NCBI GenBank assembly: GCA_963782055.1 | Contig: CAWAIF010000003.1 | Span: 6,823,948-6,887,947 of the forward strand | DNA: 64,000 nucleotides | Direction of reading: 5' to 3' | Source of the DNA: an uncultured delta proteobacterium | GTDB taxonomy: Bacteria; Myxococcota_A; Polyangia; Polyangiales; Polyangiaceae | Shown here: positions 31,612 to 40,401 of the stretch, piece after piece | Layout: each line of letters begins with the position of its first letter | Numbering within the stretch: position 1 is the stretch's first letter | Notes under the pieces: model-generated | Seen by the model: the letters and a program-made list of their open reading frames with translations, nothing else | What the model was told of the DNA's origin: nothing | Database searches by the model: none | Translations under genes and position numbers: made by a program

Positions 31612-31763
31612 CTCCTTCAGCCCCGCGGAGTGGAACGCAACGAGTTGCGTCCCGGAGCCGCCCGTCGCACCGGCGCCATCAACGAGGATCTCGAAGGTGT
31701 ACGTATGGTCGCCTGCCGGTGGACTCGGGTTGCAGGTGACCGCACTGACAGCGAGGAGCAGGG

Positions 31764-31847
31764 CGACGAGCGACGAGCGACGAGCGACGAGCGACGAGCG
31801 ACGAGCGACGAGCGACGAGCGACGAGCGACGAGCGACGAGCGACATG
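31764..31847 (-). repeat. Heptanucleotide microsatellite (CGACGAG)~12 on the plus strand, (CTCGTCG)n on the coding strand. It lies directly after ATGTCG, and the ATG is out of frame with the downstream signal peptide.
   Basis: Seen directly. All three frames of the tract encode the same (LVARRSS)n heptad. Copy number is 12 by my reading (+/-1). Frame relation is derived from the track ORF phases. Confidence 0.85.
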
Positions 31848-32003
31848 GCTACCCCCAACTAACGGCCAGTGTGGCGTTGGACGAGTACTCGGTCAAGCGG
31901 CGACGCGCCAGCGCGTCAAGATGGGTCGCACTCTGTGCGCATGCGCTCCGGAGCTCGCCCTCACCAGATCGACGAACGGCGACGCCCGTGCGACTCTCGT
32001 CCC

Positions 32004-32468
32004 GTGCGTCTGCGCCCACTGAACGCCGGGGAGGCCGCCGAGGTCGAGCTCCTCGCCTCCCGCATGCGCGACACCCTCGTCGAGGTGCTCGGGGAGGCGC
32101 GCGGCAGCGGCATGGTCGATCACGACTGGCTCGTCGAGCGCGTGCGCTTCCACGCGCGCGTCGGCCTTGTGGTCGTCGCGGAGCGTGACGGCGCCATCGT
32201 CGGCCACGCCATGGCGCGCGAGGAGGACGGCGTCGGCCATTTCTCCACCATCTACGTGGAGCCCGCGTCGCGCCGCGCGGGCGTCGCCGGTGCGCTGGTG
32301 CGCCGCGTCGACGCGTGGTTCGCGGAGCGCGGCTTGCCGAGCGCGCGCTACTCCACCGATCAGGACAACGCTCCGCTGCTCGCCCTCTTCGCGAAGCACG
32401 GCTACGCGGCGGCGGAGACCGACGCGGCGTCGCACATGGTGAAGCTCACCAGGCGGCTCGGCCCGTAG
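32004..32468 (+). CDS. GNAT-family N-acetyltransferase
   Basis: ...GAIVGHAMAREEDGVGHFSTIYVEPASRRAGVAGALVRRVDAWFAERG.. (acetyl-CoA binding R/Q-x-x-G-x-G/A). Start chosen at GTG VRLRPLNAGEAAEVELL. Confidence 0.68.
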   Translation: MRLRPLNAGEAAEVELLASRMRDTLVEVLGEARGSGMVDHDWLVERVRFHARVGLVVVAERDGAIVGHAMAREEDGVGHFSTIYVEPASRRAGVAGALVRRVDAWFAERGLPSARYSTDQDNAPLLALFAKHGYAAAETDAASHMVKLTRRLGP

Positions 32469-32482
32469 CAGACGGAGCCTCT

Positions 32483-32953
32483 TCAATCCCTGGGGCCGCC
32501 CGCGCGCTCGCCCGCCGCGAGCCGCGCGTCGACCGACAGCGGACCCGCGCCGACGATCAGAAGAAACACCAGTCCGAGCAGCATCGAGAAGTCGGTGCGC
32601 GCCTCGTGCGCCATCTTCCAGAAGCCGTGGTGGATCAGCATCGGGATCTTGGTGGTGGCGATGGCGACCAGGATGGTGGCGAGCAGCGGGACCGCCGCAA
32701 GCCGCGTGAGCAGGCCGAGGATCACAAGCAGCCCGAAGAGCGTCTCCACCCCACCGACGAAGGGCCCCATCACCGCCGGCGCGGGGATGCCGATCCGCGC
32801 GAAGCGTCCGACCCCGAGCGCCTCGGGGTAGAGGAACTTCTGGATGCCTTCCGACAGGAAGACGGCGCCCACCAGCAGGCGGACCAGCACCGTCGCGGCG
32901 GGCGCGCGGCTCCCGAGCACACGGGCGCGCAGCGAGGTGGGCGCCGCGCTCAT
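32483..32953 (-). CDS. DoxX-family integral membrane protein
   Basis: 156 aa with 4 TM helices. ..LVRLLVGAVFLSEGIQKFLYPE.. is a typical DoxX motif. ATG overlaps the PmbA-like stop region. Confidence 0.72.
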   Translation of the reverse strand: MSAAPTSLRARVLGSRAPAATVLVRLLVGAVFLSEGIQKFLYPEALGVGRFARIGIPAPAVMGPFVGGVETLFGLLVILGLLTRLAAVPLLATILVAIATTKIPMLIHHGFWKMAHEARTDFSMLLGLVFLLIVGAGPLSVDARLAAGERAGGPRD

Positions 32954-34281
32954 ACCGCCGCCGACACGCTCGCCATGTGGAAGTCGCGCGCCAGCACCGC
33001 CGGCACGCGCACCACGCCGCCGTCCCACCAGGGGATCCGCCAGGTGGGCTTCGTCATGCCGACCAGGTTCTTCAGCACCGCCGCGGGTGACTCGTTGAAG
33101 CGGAAGTTGTTCACCGGGTGGGTGACCTTCCCCTTCTCGATCCAGAACACGCCGTCCCGCGTCAGGCCGGTGACGAGCATCGTCTGCGGGTCGACCCAGC
33201 GCGTGTACCAGAAGCGCGTGACCAGCAACCCGCGGTCCACCTTCGCCACCAGCGCGTCCACGCTCGCCGCGGCCCCTCCCGACAAGTGCCAAGTCGCGTG
33301 CGCGCCCGTCGGGGCCTTGCCCTGCTTCTTTGCCCAGTAGCGCGAGTAGTTCAGGTTCTGGAGCTTGCCGCCCTCCACCCAGGTCGTGCGTGCGAGCGGC
33401 ATCCCCTCCCCGTCCCACGTGCGCCCCGGCGTCGCGGGGTCGAGCGGGTCGGAGCGCAGCGTCACCGCGCTCGCGAAGAGCTTCTCCCCGATGCGCGTGC
33501 CGCCGCCCGGCTTCGCGAAGAAGGACCGACCCTCGTCCGCGCGCCGCGCGTCCAGCGCGTCGAAGAAGAAGCCCATCAGGTCGCCGACGGCGGCGGGCTC
33601 CAGCACCACGGTGTAGCGCCCGGGCGCGAGCGCCTTCGGCCCGTGCGAGCGCGCCCCCTTGTCCGCCGCCACGTGCGCGAGCGCGCCCGCGTCCACGTCC
33701 GACGCGCGCACCTCCTCCGCGCCCGACCAGCCGGAGCCCTCCCCGTCCGGCGTGCGCGCGGTCATCGTCAGCGACGCGATGCTCGACGCGTGCGACGCGC
33801 GCAGCCCCGCGCTGGACCAGAGCCGGGTGTGCGCGCCGTGCGTCTCGTAGAAGCCGGCGATGCTCAGCTCCTTGTCCTTCGCGCGGGCGATGGCGAGCTT
33901 CGCCGCCTCCGCGCGCCGGTCGGGGGACAGCGCCTCCGTCGTCGCGTCGTACGCCGCGGGGCTCGGAGGGAAGTCGTGCGCGCCGAGCACGCCCATCCAC
34001 TCCGGGTCCTCCGGGGACGCCTTCGCCATCGCCAGCGTGCGCTTCACCAGCGCCTCCAGGGACGCGTCGTCGGTCTGGTTGGTCTCCGCCGACGCGTGGC
34101 GCTTGCCCACCGCGAGCGTCAGCCGCGCGCCGGTGTCGTCGGTCATCCCCGCGGTGGTGATGTCGTTGACCGCGAAGCGCGTGTTGCCGGACCGCCCGGT
34201 GGTGGCGCGGGCGAGCGCCTCCGCGCCGGGGGCGAGGCGCGCCGCCAGGTCGAGCAGCGTCTTGCAGGCGTCGGCGCTCAT
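32950..34281 (-). CDS. pmbA: TldD/PmbA-family metallopeptidase, PmbA/TldE-like partner. Its ATG overlaps the tldD stop (ATGA).
   Basis: MSADACKTLLDLAARL.. start. Conserved C-terminal ..VTRFWYTRWVDPQTMLVTGLTRDGVFWIEKGKVTHPV.. of the PmbA_TldD family. Confidence 0.78.
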   Translation of the reverse strand: MSADACKTLLDLAARLAPGAEALARATTGRSGNTRFAVNDITTAGMTDDTGARLTLAVGKRHASAETNQTDDASLEALVKRTLAMAKASPEDPEWMGVLGAHDFPPSPAAYDATTEALSPDRRAEAAKLAIARAKDKELSIAGFYETHGAHTRLWSSAGLRASHASSIASLTMTARTPDGEGSGWSGAEEVRASDVDAGALAHVAADKGARSHGPKALAPGRYTVVLEPAAVGDLMGFFFDALDARRADEGRSFFAKPGGGTRIGEKLFASAVTLRSDPLDPATPGRTWDGEGMPLARTTWVEGGKLQNLNYSRYWAKKQGKAPTGAHATWHLSGGAAASVDALVAKVDRGLLVTRFWYTRWVDPQTMLVTGLTRDGVFWIEKGKVTHPVNNFRFNESPAAVLKNLVGMTKPTWRIPWWDGGVVRVPAVLARDFHMASVSAAV

Positions 34282-35891
34282 GCCTTGCTCCGCTTGGTGT
34301 CCAGCACGTTGACCTTGCGGAAGCGCGCGGGCGAGCACCCGTGGCTCACCGGGTTGTCCTGCACCGGCTCCCCCTTGCCATCGTGCAGGGTGCCGTGCAT
34401 CTCGAAGTGCGACGCGTCGGCGATCATGTCGCAGGAGTGCCAGAAGTCGATGGTGTTGGACTGGTAGGCCACGTCCTTCAGGGCGCCCGTGATCTTGCCC
34501 TTCTTCACCTCGTAGAACATCTGCCCGCCGAACTGGAAGTTGTAGCGCTGGTGGTCAATCGACCACGAGCCGTTGCCGTGGATGAGCACCCCGTCGTCGG
34601 TGGCCGCGACGATGTCCGCGAGCGACATCGTCTTGTCCCCCGGCTTCAGCGACACGTTGGGCATGCGCTGGAAGGGCACGGAGGCGTGGTCCTGGGCGTA
34701 GGAGCAGCCGCGAGAGGTCTTCTCGCCGATCCACGCCGCCTGATCGCGCGTCGTCTGGTAGCCGACGAGCAGGCCGTCCTTCACCAGATCCCAGCGCCCG
34801 CACTTCACGCCGTCGTCGTCCCAGCCGCTGGTGGCCAGTCCCCCCGGCGTCGTCTTGTCCGCGTAGACGGTGACGCCCGGGTCGCCGATCTTCAGCTTGC
34901 CCAGCTTGTCGGGGGTGGCGAAGGAGGTGCCCGCCAGGTTGGCCTCGTAGCCCATGGCGCGGTCCAGCTCGGTGGAGTGGCCCATGGACTCGTGGATGGT
35001 CAGCCAGAGGTGCGACGGGAGCAGGATGACGTCGCGCTTGCCGGGCTTCACCGAGGGCGCCTTCAGCTTCTCGGCGGCGTCCTCCCCCATCTTGCGCGCG
35101 TCGGCGAGCAGGGACGACCGCGTCACCATCTCCCATCCGGCCTGCGCGCGCGGCAGCTCCGTCCCGCGCGTCACGAACTCGCCGGTCTTCTTGTCGGTGG
35201 CGGTGACGTCGTACCAGCAGCCGACGCGGGTGATGCTCTGCTCGATGAGGGAGCCCTCGGTGGAGGCGAAGAGCTTCCACTCGCCGTGCGCCTCCGCGTT
35301 GCCGGTGAGGAAGCTGACGCCGGACACCTTGCGCGCCTCGCGCCAGGCGGCGAGCAGCAGCTCCGCCTTCTCGGCGACGGGGACGTCGAAGGGATCGACC
35401 TCGAGCGGCGTCGCGTACTTGACGCCGTGGTACGCGGGCACCGGGGCGAGCGCGATGGGCCGCTTCTGTGCGCCGCGGTCCGCCTTCGCCACGGCGACGG
35501 CCTGCTGGGCTGCGGCCTTCGCGCTCGCGGGGCTCACCGAGGCGGCGGCGGCGAAGCCCCACGCGCCGAAGGCGAGCACGCGCACGCCCACGCCGTAGTT
35601 CTCGGAGTAGCTCACCTCCCGCACGTGGTCCTCGCGGGTGCCGACGCGCTCGTAGCGGCGGCGCACGACGCGGGCGTCGGCGTAGGTGGCGCCCGCCTTC
35701 TTCGCGGCGTCGAGCGCGCCGTCGAGCACCGACTCCAGGGAGGCGTGCACGGCGGGGGGCAGCACCGGAGGCGGCCGGGGACCGGGCACCGGCGGCACGG
35801 GGGCGCGCGCGGCGGGCCCGCACGCGGTCAGCGCGCCGAGGCCGGATCCGACGAGAAAGGAGCGGCGACCGAGGGACATGGCGCGGAGCAT
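34278..35891 (-). CDS. tldD: TldD-family metallopeptidase with a Tat-like/lipoprotein-type N-terminus (RRSFLVGSGLGALTAC)
   Basis: HExxxGH-like ..IHESMGHSTELDRAMGYEANLAGTSF.. and a C-terminal GG..W..D motif. ~520 aa. Confidence 0.83.
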   Translation of the reverse strand: MLRAMSLGRRSFLVGSGLGALTACGPAARAPVPPVPGPRPPPVLPPAVHASLESVLDGALDAAKKAGATYADARVVRRRYERVGTREDHVREVSYSENYGVGVRVLAFGAWGFAAAASVSPASAKAAAQQAVAVAKADRGAQKRPIALAPVPAYHGVKYATPLEVDPFDVPVAEKAELLLAAWREARKVSGVSFLTGNAEAHGEWKLFASTEGSLIEQSITRVGCWYDVTATDKKTGEFVTRGTELPRAQAGWEMVTRSSLLADARKMGEDAAEKLKAPSVKPGKRDVILLPSHLWLTIHESMGHSTELDRAMGYEANLAGTSFATPDKLGKLKIGDPGVTVYADKTTPGGLATSGWDDDGVKCGRWDLVKDGLLVGYQTTRDQAAWIGEKTSRGCSYAQDHASVPFQRMPNVSLKPGDKTMSLADIVAATDDGVLIHGNGSWSIDHQRYNFQFGGQMFYEVKKGKITGALKDVAYQSNTIDFWHSCDMIADASHFEMHGTLHDGKGEPVQDNPVSHGCSPARFRKVNVLDTKRSKA

Positions 35892-35959
35892 ACCCCCGCC
35901 GGCGCGGGGATCGCGCGGGGTGTGGCCGGGCGAGGCCCGCGTGCTATCTTGGCTCCGCC

Positions 35960-36322
35960 ATGTCCGAAAAGATGACCTTCCACGACTACATGCGCGCCTA
36001 CGGCGAGGACCACCAGAACAAGATCAACAAGGCGTGCCACATGATCGGCATCCCGCTGATCCTCGGCTCCCTGCCGGTGATCCCGGTCGCGCCGCCGGTG
36101 GGCCTGTCCATGTTCGGGGTCGGCTGGACGTTCCAGTTCGTGGGGCACTTCTTCGAGGGCAAGAAGCCGAGCTTCACGCGGGACGTGCGATACCTGCCGA
36201 TCGGCGCGGTGTGGGTGACGGTGGAGTGGGTGGAGCTGCTGACGGGGAAGCGGATCTACCGGGTGAGGGAGACGGCGAAGCACGCAGAGACGAACGGGGT
36301 GACGGCCGCGGCGACGGCCTAG
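35960..36322 (+). CDS. DUF962 (YGL010w-like) small membrane protein
   Basis: MSEKMTFHDYMRAYGEDHQNKINKACHMIGIPLI... HxxN(K/R) motif family, 120 aa. Confidence 0.62.
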   Translation: MSEKMTFHDYMRAYGEDHQNKINKACHMIGIPLILGSLPVIPVAPPVGLSMFGVGWTFQFVGHFFEGKKPSFTRDVRYLPIGAVWVTVEWVELLTGKRIYRVRETAKHAETNGVTAAATA

Positions 36323-36394
36323 CGGAGAAGGAGAGGAGGGGCCCCGCCCCGCCCATGCTCGGGCACGTGCTCGCTCGCGCGCGCGCCGGCCGGG

Positions 36395-36500
36395 TGGGCG
36401 TGATGGACGGGCGACGGCACGCACGCGAGCTTGCGCGCGAGCCCTGCGCGTGGGCGCCCTCCCCTCGCCCATCGCTCGCTGGCGCTCGCTCGGGCGGGGA
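36395..36500. repeat. Dispersed GC-rich repeat element, copy B (same family as 24141..24300)
   Basis: GCACGCGAGCTTGCGCGCGAGCCCTGCGCG...CCATCGCTCGCTGGCGCTCGCTCGGGCGGGGAGG. Intergenic. Confidence 0.55.
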
Positions 36501-36956
36501 GGGTTTTCGAAGCGCTGGTGGGCCCGGTTTCGTCGGAGGATGCGGCCCGGCTGCTACAGGCGACGAGGAACGCTCCGGCGCTTCGTGAAGACGGAGCGGA
36601 TGGAATAGTGCGGCGACGCGCGATCTTCGTGGGCGATCGAAGCTCGCGCTCGCGCCTGCGTTCCAATCCGCAGATGCAACTCGACACGATCGACGACTTC
36701 GCGCGAGACGCCCGCCGGCGAGTGCGGCGGGTGGTGTGCTTCTTCCACGCGGCGGCCGTCCTCGCGCTCGTCGCCGGCGCGTGGATCGACGCGCAGCCTC
36801 CGCGACCGCACCTCGATTGCCACACCTTCGTCGGTCAGACGTACTCGCACTACCCGCACCCGTACGGCCTGCCGCCGCCGGCGTCCTGGACGCGATGCGC
36901 CTGGCGGTGAGAAGGAGTCGCGGGATGCGCGGCGGCAGCTCGGCTAGACTGGCAGC

Positions 36957-37373
36957 ATGAGGATGGTCGGAGTGGTCGGCGTGAGCGCGGTGCTGCTCGT
37001 CGCGTGCGTGGGGCCGGCGGGGGTGCCGGCGCACTCGGGCGCGACGCAGGAGGCGAACCCGGGGGACGTGGCCAACGCGGCGGTCGTGGTCGGCGCGCGC
37101 GCGGCGACCGACAGGCAGGAGGTCCGCTTCGGCTGGGACGTGCGGCTGGACGACGAGCACGTGCAGTGGCGTGAATGCGTGACCGCGAAGGAGTGCGGGG
37201 GCGCGCTCCACACCGGCGCCGCGTCCCGGCTCCTCGGCGTCGAGACCGTAGGGACCGCGGACGTGGCCGACCCCGCCGGCAAGACGCAGCGCGTGGAGGT
37301 CAAGCGCATGCGCTTCCGGCCCCTCTCCGCCACGCGCGCGCTGCCGGCTCCTGCGGACGGCACCTCGCCTTGA
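36957..37373 (+). CDS. Small lipoprotein of unknown function
   Basis: MRMVGVVGVSAVLLVACVG lipobox. Modest coding bias. Confidence 0.42.
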   Translation: MRMVGVVGVSAVLLVACVGPAGVPAHSGATQEANPGDVANAAVVVGARAATDRQEVRFGWDVRLDDEHVQWRECVTAKECGGALHTGAASRLLGVETVGTADVADPAGKTQRVEVKRMRFRPLSATRALPAPADGTSP

Positions 37374-37496
37374 TGCGCGCGCTCACCGCCCACCGGCCCG
37401 CGCGCCTGCTCGGGCACGCGCGCGGCGTCGGGTACGGGGAGCCGGCGGTCTGTCACGCCCCTTGAGTTTCTCCGTCATCCCTGGCACGAGGCAGGC

Positions 37497-37886
37497 ATGA
37501 CGACCGACCTGTGGATGCTCGTCGCGAGCGCGGGGCTGTACTGGGCACTCATCTTCGCCGCCGCGACGCCTCGCATGTTCAAGAACGGCATTCCCTGGTC
37601 CCTGGGCAACCGTGACGCCGCGACCGTCGCCGTCCCGGCCTGGGCCGACCGAGCGCAGCGCGCGTGCAACAACATGCAGGAGAACCTGATCCTGCTCGTC
37701 GTGCTGGTGCTGGTCGCGCACGCCGCGAACCGCGCGAGCGAACGGACCGTGCTCGGCGCGGAGATCTTCTTCGGCGCCCGGATCGCGCACGCGGTCGTCT
37801 ACATCGCGGGGATCCCCGTCGTGCGCACGCTCGCGTGGGCGACCGGCGTCGCCGGGCTCGCCGTCATCGCCGCCGCGCTCGTGTGA
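37497..37886 (+). CDS. MAPEG-family (membrane-associated, microsomal-GST-like) membrane protein
   Basis: 129 aa, 4 TM. ..RAQRACNNMQENLILLVVLVLVAHA.. fits the MAPEG pattern. Confidence 0.6.
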   Translation: MTTDLWMLVASAGLYWALIFAAATPRMFKNGIPWSLGNRDAATVAVPAWADRAQRACNNMQENLILLVVLVLVAHAANRASERTVLGAEIFFGARIAHAVVYIAGIPVVRTLAWATGVAGLAVIAAALV

Positions 37887-38031
37887 CGCGCGCGCCGCCG
37901 CGCGAGGCTCGGGGTTCGCCCTCGGGGTGACGCGCTGACGACGGCGCGCCCGGTTCTGGCCATCCCCGGATCAGCGCGCGCGAACGACGATTGGGCGGGC
38001 ACCCGCCGGCAATCTCCGGCGACGAGAGTGC

Positions 38032-38409
38032 TCACCCCGTGCGCCGGCCGGCGCGGGGTCGGGCGCCCTCGGCCATGCGCGCGCGGAGCAGCTTTTTCAC
38101 CAGCGAGGTGGGCAGCGGCCGGTCCGGACCGAAGTGCAGCGCGCTCTTCGTCTTGTCGTAGACGGCGAGGTCGGCCGCGAGCGTGCGCAAGGTCGTCCCG
38201 CTGAAGGGGTAGTACGAGCAGCCCCTGGAGGTGGCGGAGAAGCCCGCGATGACCTTCCCCTCGTGGCGGAAGGCGGGCAGGCGGTAGCTGATGCACTCCT
38301 CCGCGTCCGGGACGAGGGCGCGGATGGTCTTGCGCAGCTCCTCGAGCAGCGCGCGGCTCTTCGGGGGCACGCCGGCGAGGTACGCGTCGATGGCGGGGTC
38401 TCGTTTCAT
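38032..38409 (-). CDS. DUF1801 (YdhG-like) domain protein
   Basis: 125 aa, MKRDPAIDAYLAGVPPKSRALLEELRKTIRALVPDAEECISYRLPAFRHEGKVIAGF... Confidence 0.68.
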   Translation of the reverse strand: MKRDPAIDAYLAGVPPKSRALLEELRKTIRALVPDAEECISYRLPAFRHEGKVIAGFSATSRGCSYYPFSGTTLRTLAADLAVYDKTKSALHFGPDRPLPTSLVKKLLRARMAEGARPRAGRRTG

Positions 38410-38438
38410 CGGGGCTCCGGGCGATTGGGCGGGTGACG

Positions 38439-39170
38439 TCAGAACGAGCGCATGACGCTCAGCTCGGGCATGTACGCGATGGCGCCTCCCCGGCCGAACG
38501 CGGCGGCGATCTTCAGCGGGGCGAGCATCATGCCGAGGTTTGCGTTCCCGAAGCGGATGCCGAGACCGGTGGTGACGAAGAAAGGCCCGGCGACGTCCCA
38601 CGCCTGCACCGGCTGGTGTCCGAGAACGTCGTCCTTCACCACGAGGGTGAGGTCGACCGGCGCGCCGAAATCGGCCATCCCGAAGCCGAAGAGGGCGTAG
38701 GGCCGAAAGGCGTAGCGGGTGCGCGTGAGCGGGTGCGCGCCGAGCACCCAGGTAACGCGTGCCTCCAACATGGAGTCGTTGAGCAATCCGTAGTCGGCGA
38801 CGTGGACGTTCTGGGGGTGGAAGTAGAAGCCGTACCGAACGCCGAGCAGGACGCCGTCGGTGAGCGCGACGTCGACCGCACCGACGGCGAAGTTGGCGAG
38901 TCCGCCGAGGCCCGGGCGGACGTCCGTCCCGCCCGACACGACGGAGCTCCGGGGGCTCGGGAAGACGGGGCCGCCGTCCTTCTCCGCGCACGTCCACGCT
39001 GCGCTCGCGCAGACGTTCGCACCGGATGGATGCAAGACGATGGTCAGCCCGTCGGAGAATCCGAGCCAGAAGCGGTGGAGCTTCACCGGCTTGTCGCCCG
39101 CGGCGAGTCCGGCCCGCGGGAGCGCCAGCAGCGCGAGCGAGACGGCGAACGCGGCCAGCTTGCGGTTCAC
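38439..39170 (-). CDS. Small outer-membrane beta-barrel protein. Its GTG start overlaps the RCC1 stop.
   Basis: Signal peptide VNRKLAAFAVSLALLALPRAGLA. Alternating beta-strand pattern. C-terminal aromatic ...YMPELSVMRSF. Paralog at 44349..45071. Confidence 0.6.
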   Translation of the reverse strand: MNRKLAAFAVSLALLALPRAGLAAGDKPVKLHRFWLGFSDGLTIVLHPSGANVCASAAWTCAEKDGGPVFPSPRSSVVSGGTDVRPGLGGLANFAVGAVDVALTDGVLLGVRYGFYFHPQNVHVADYGLLNDSMLEARVTWVLGAHPLTRTRYAFRPYALFGFGMADFGAPVDLTLVVKDDVLGHQPVQAWDVAGPFFVTTGLGIRFGNANLGMMLAPLKIAAAFGRGGAIAYMPELSVMRSF

Positions 39171-40390
39171 GGCAACCCCACGACGCGTGTCGGAACGTCG
39201 CGGTCGGCCGTCGTCCCGTCGCCGAGCTGGCCGTAGTCGTTCCATCCCCAGCAGTAGACATCGCCGGAGACGAGGAGCGCACACGAGAAGTCGTAGCCGG
39301 CGTGGAGGTCGACGATGCCGGAGAGCCGCCCATCGCCCGACGGAGAGACGACCGGGGTCGGCGTGAGGTGCTGGTCGGTCGTGCCGTCGCCGAGCTGGCC
39401 GTGGGTGTTCGCGCCCCAGCACACCGCCGTGCCGTCGGCGAGCCGGGCGCAGGAGTGGTAGTCGCCGAGCGCGAGTTGCACGGCATCCGTCAACCCCGCG
39501 ACTTTCACTGGCGTCGATCGGTCGGTGCCCTTCGTACCGTCGCCGACCTGGCCCTCGCTGTTCCAGCCCCAGCACCAGGCCGTCCCGCCCTCCACCAGCG
39601 CGCACGCGTGGACCAGTCCTACGAAGGCCTTCTGGACCTTCGTGCCCGGTGGCAGGAGGACCGCGGCGAGCGCCGGGTGATAGGCGGACGATTCCGCCCC
39701 GTTACCGAGGACCCCAGAGGTCTGGTGACCGCAGCAGTACACAGATGTGTCCCGGGTACCGCACAGGAACTGCTGGCCCAGCGCAACGCTATCGAGCGAC
39801 CCGAGGTCCGGGCGCGGCGCCGGCGTGGCCGGGTAGCCTGCGTCCGGATATGTCGGGTCGCAGTCTGGTGGATAGCCCCAGCAATAGAGGGCATGGTCGG
39901 CTCGACGCGCACACTCGAAGTCGCCGTGCGGCGAGGAAATAAGCGCGGTCGCGCCCTTGAGTACTGCAACACCGGGGGGCGTTTGCGGCTTGCCGGACCC
40001 ATCGCCCAGGCGCTGAAACTGGTCGTCGTATCCCCAGCAATCGACGGTTCCGTCGGCAAGCAGGATGCATTGACCTATGTAGTGCGCGCTGACCATGATG
40101 GGAACGCCGTTGGTCGGGACGGCCTGTGGCCTGGGGACTGCCAGCCAGCCGCCGTCACCACCCACTTCACCGTTGGGACTCCCCCCCCAGCATAGCAGGG
40201 TTCCCTCACGGCTCCGGTAGCAGGCATGACGACCGTCGGCGACCAGCAGCGGCGCGAAACCGCCTCCGTCGGAGGCATCGCTCACGTCCCGGCCGGCGTC
40301 GGCACGTTGCGGTACGCCAAGCCCGGTACGTGCGCCGCAACCCGCGAGCAAGATGATGAGAGACGCGTACTGAAGCGTCGGCGACGGCAT
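39167..40390 (-). CDS. RCC1-repeat (regulator of chromosome condensation-like beta-propeller) lipoprotein
   Basis: MPSPTLQYASLIILLAGCG lipobox. Repeated C.GWN..GQLGDG / HSCA..DG...CWG motifs, 6-7 blades. Confidence 0.75.
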   Translation of the reverse strand: MPSPTLQYASLIILLAGCGARTGLGVPQRADAGRDVSDASDGGGFAPLLVADGRHACYRSREGTLLCWGGSPNGEVGGDGGWLAVPRPQAVPTNGVPIMVSAHYIGQCILLADGTVDCWGYDDQFQRLGDGSGKPQTPPGVAVLKGATALISSPHGDFECARRADHALYCWGYPPDCDPTYPDAGYPATPAPRPDLGSLDSVALGQQFLCGTRDTSVYCCGHQTSGVLGNGAESSAYHPALAAVLLPPGTKVQKAFVGLVHACALVEGGTAWCWGWNSEGQVGDGTKGTDRSTPVKVAGLTDAVQLALGDYHSCARLADGTAVCWGANTHGQLGDGTTDQHLTPTPVVSPSGDGRLSGIVDLHAGYDFSCALLVSGDVYCWGWNDYGQLGDGTTADRDVPTRVVGLP

Positions 40391-40401
40391 TCGTGAGCTC
40401 G

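Larger units (their letters stand above)
37893..39245. repeat. Segmental duplication copy 1, containing the DUF1801 gene, an OMP gene and the RCC1 3' end. Partner is 42133..45150.
   Basis: Offset +4240 between copies. The DUF1801 part is ~99% identical at the nucleotide level, the OMP part only ~85%. Confidence 0.75.

Noticed and set aside
31760-31855. Heptamer tract considered as a CRISPR-like or iteron array
   Set aside because: It is perfect, spacer-less and only 7 bp per unit, and it sits inside a reading frame after a start codon. It behaves as a microsatellite, not a CRISPR array or replication iteron.
36431-36910. 159-aa ORF and a nested 78-aa ORF after the DUF962 gene
   Set aside because: The 5' half is the dispersed repeat element. 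The 3' part (MQLDTIDDF..., one TM) has slightly lower GC and might be a small gene, but the evidence is insufficient.
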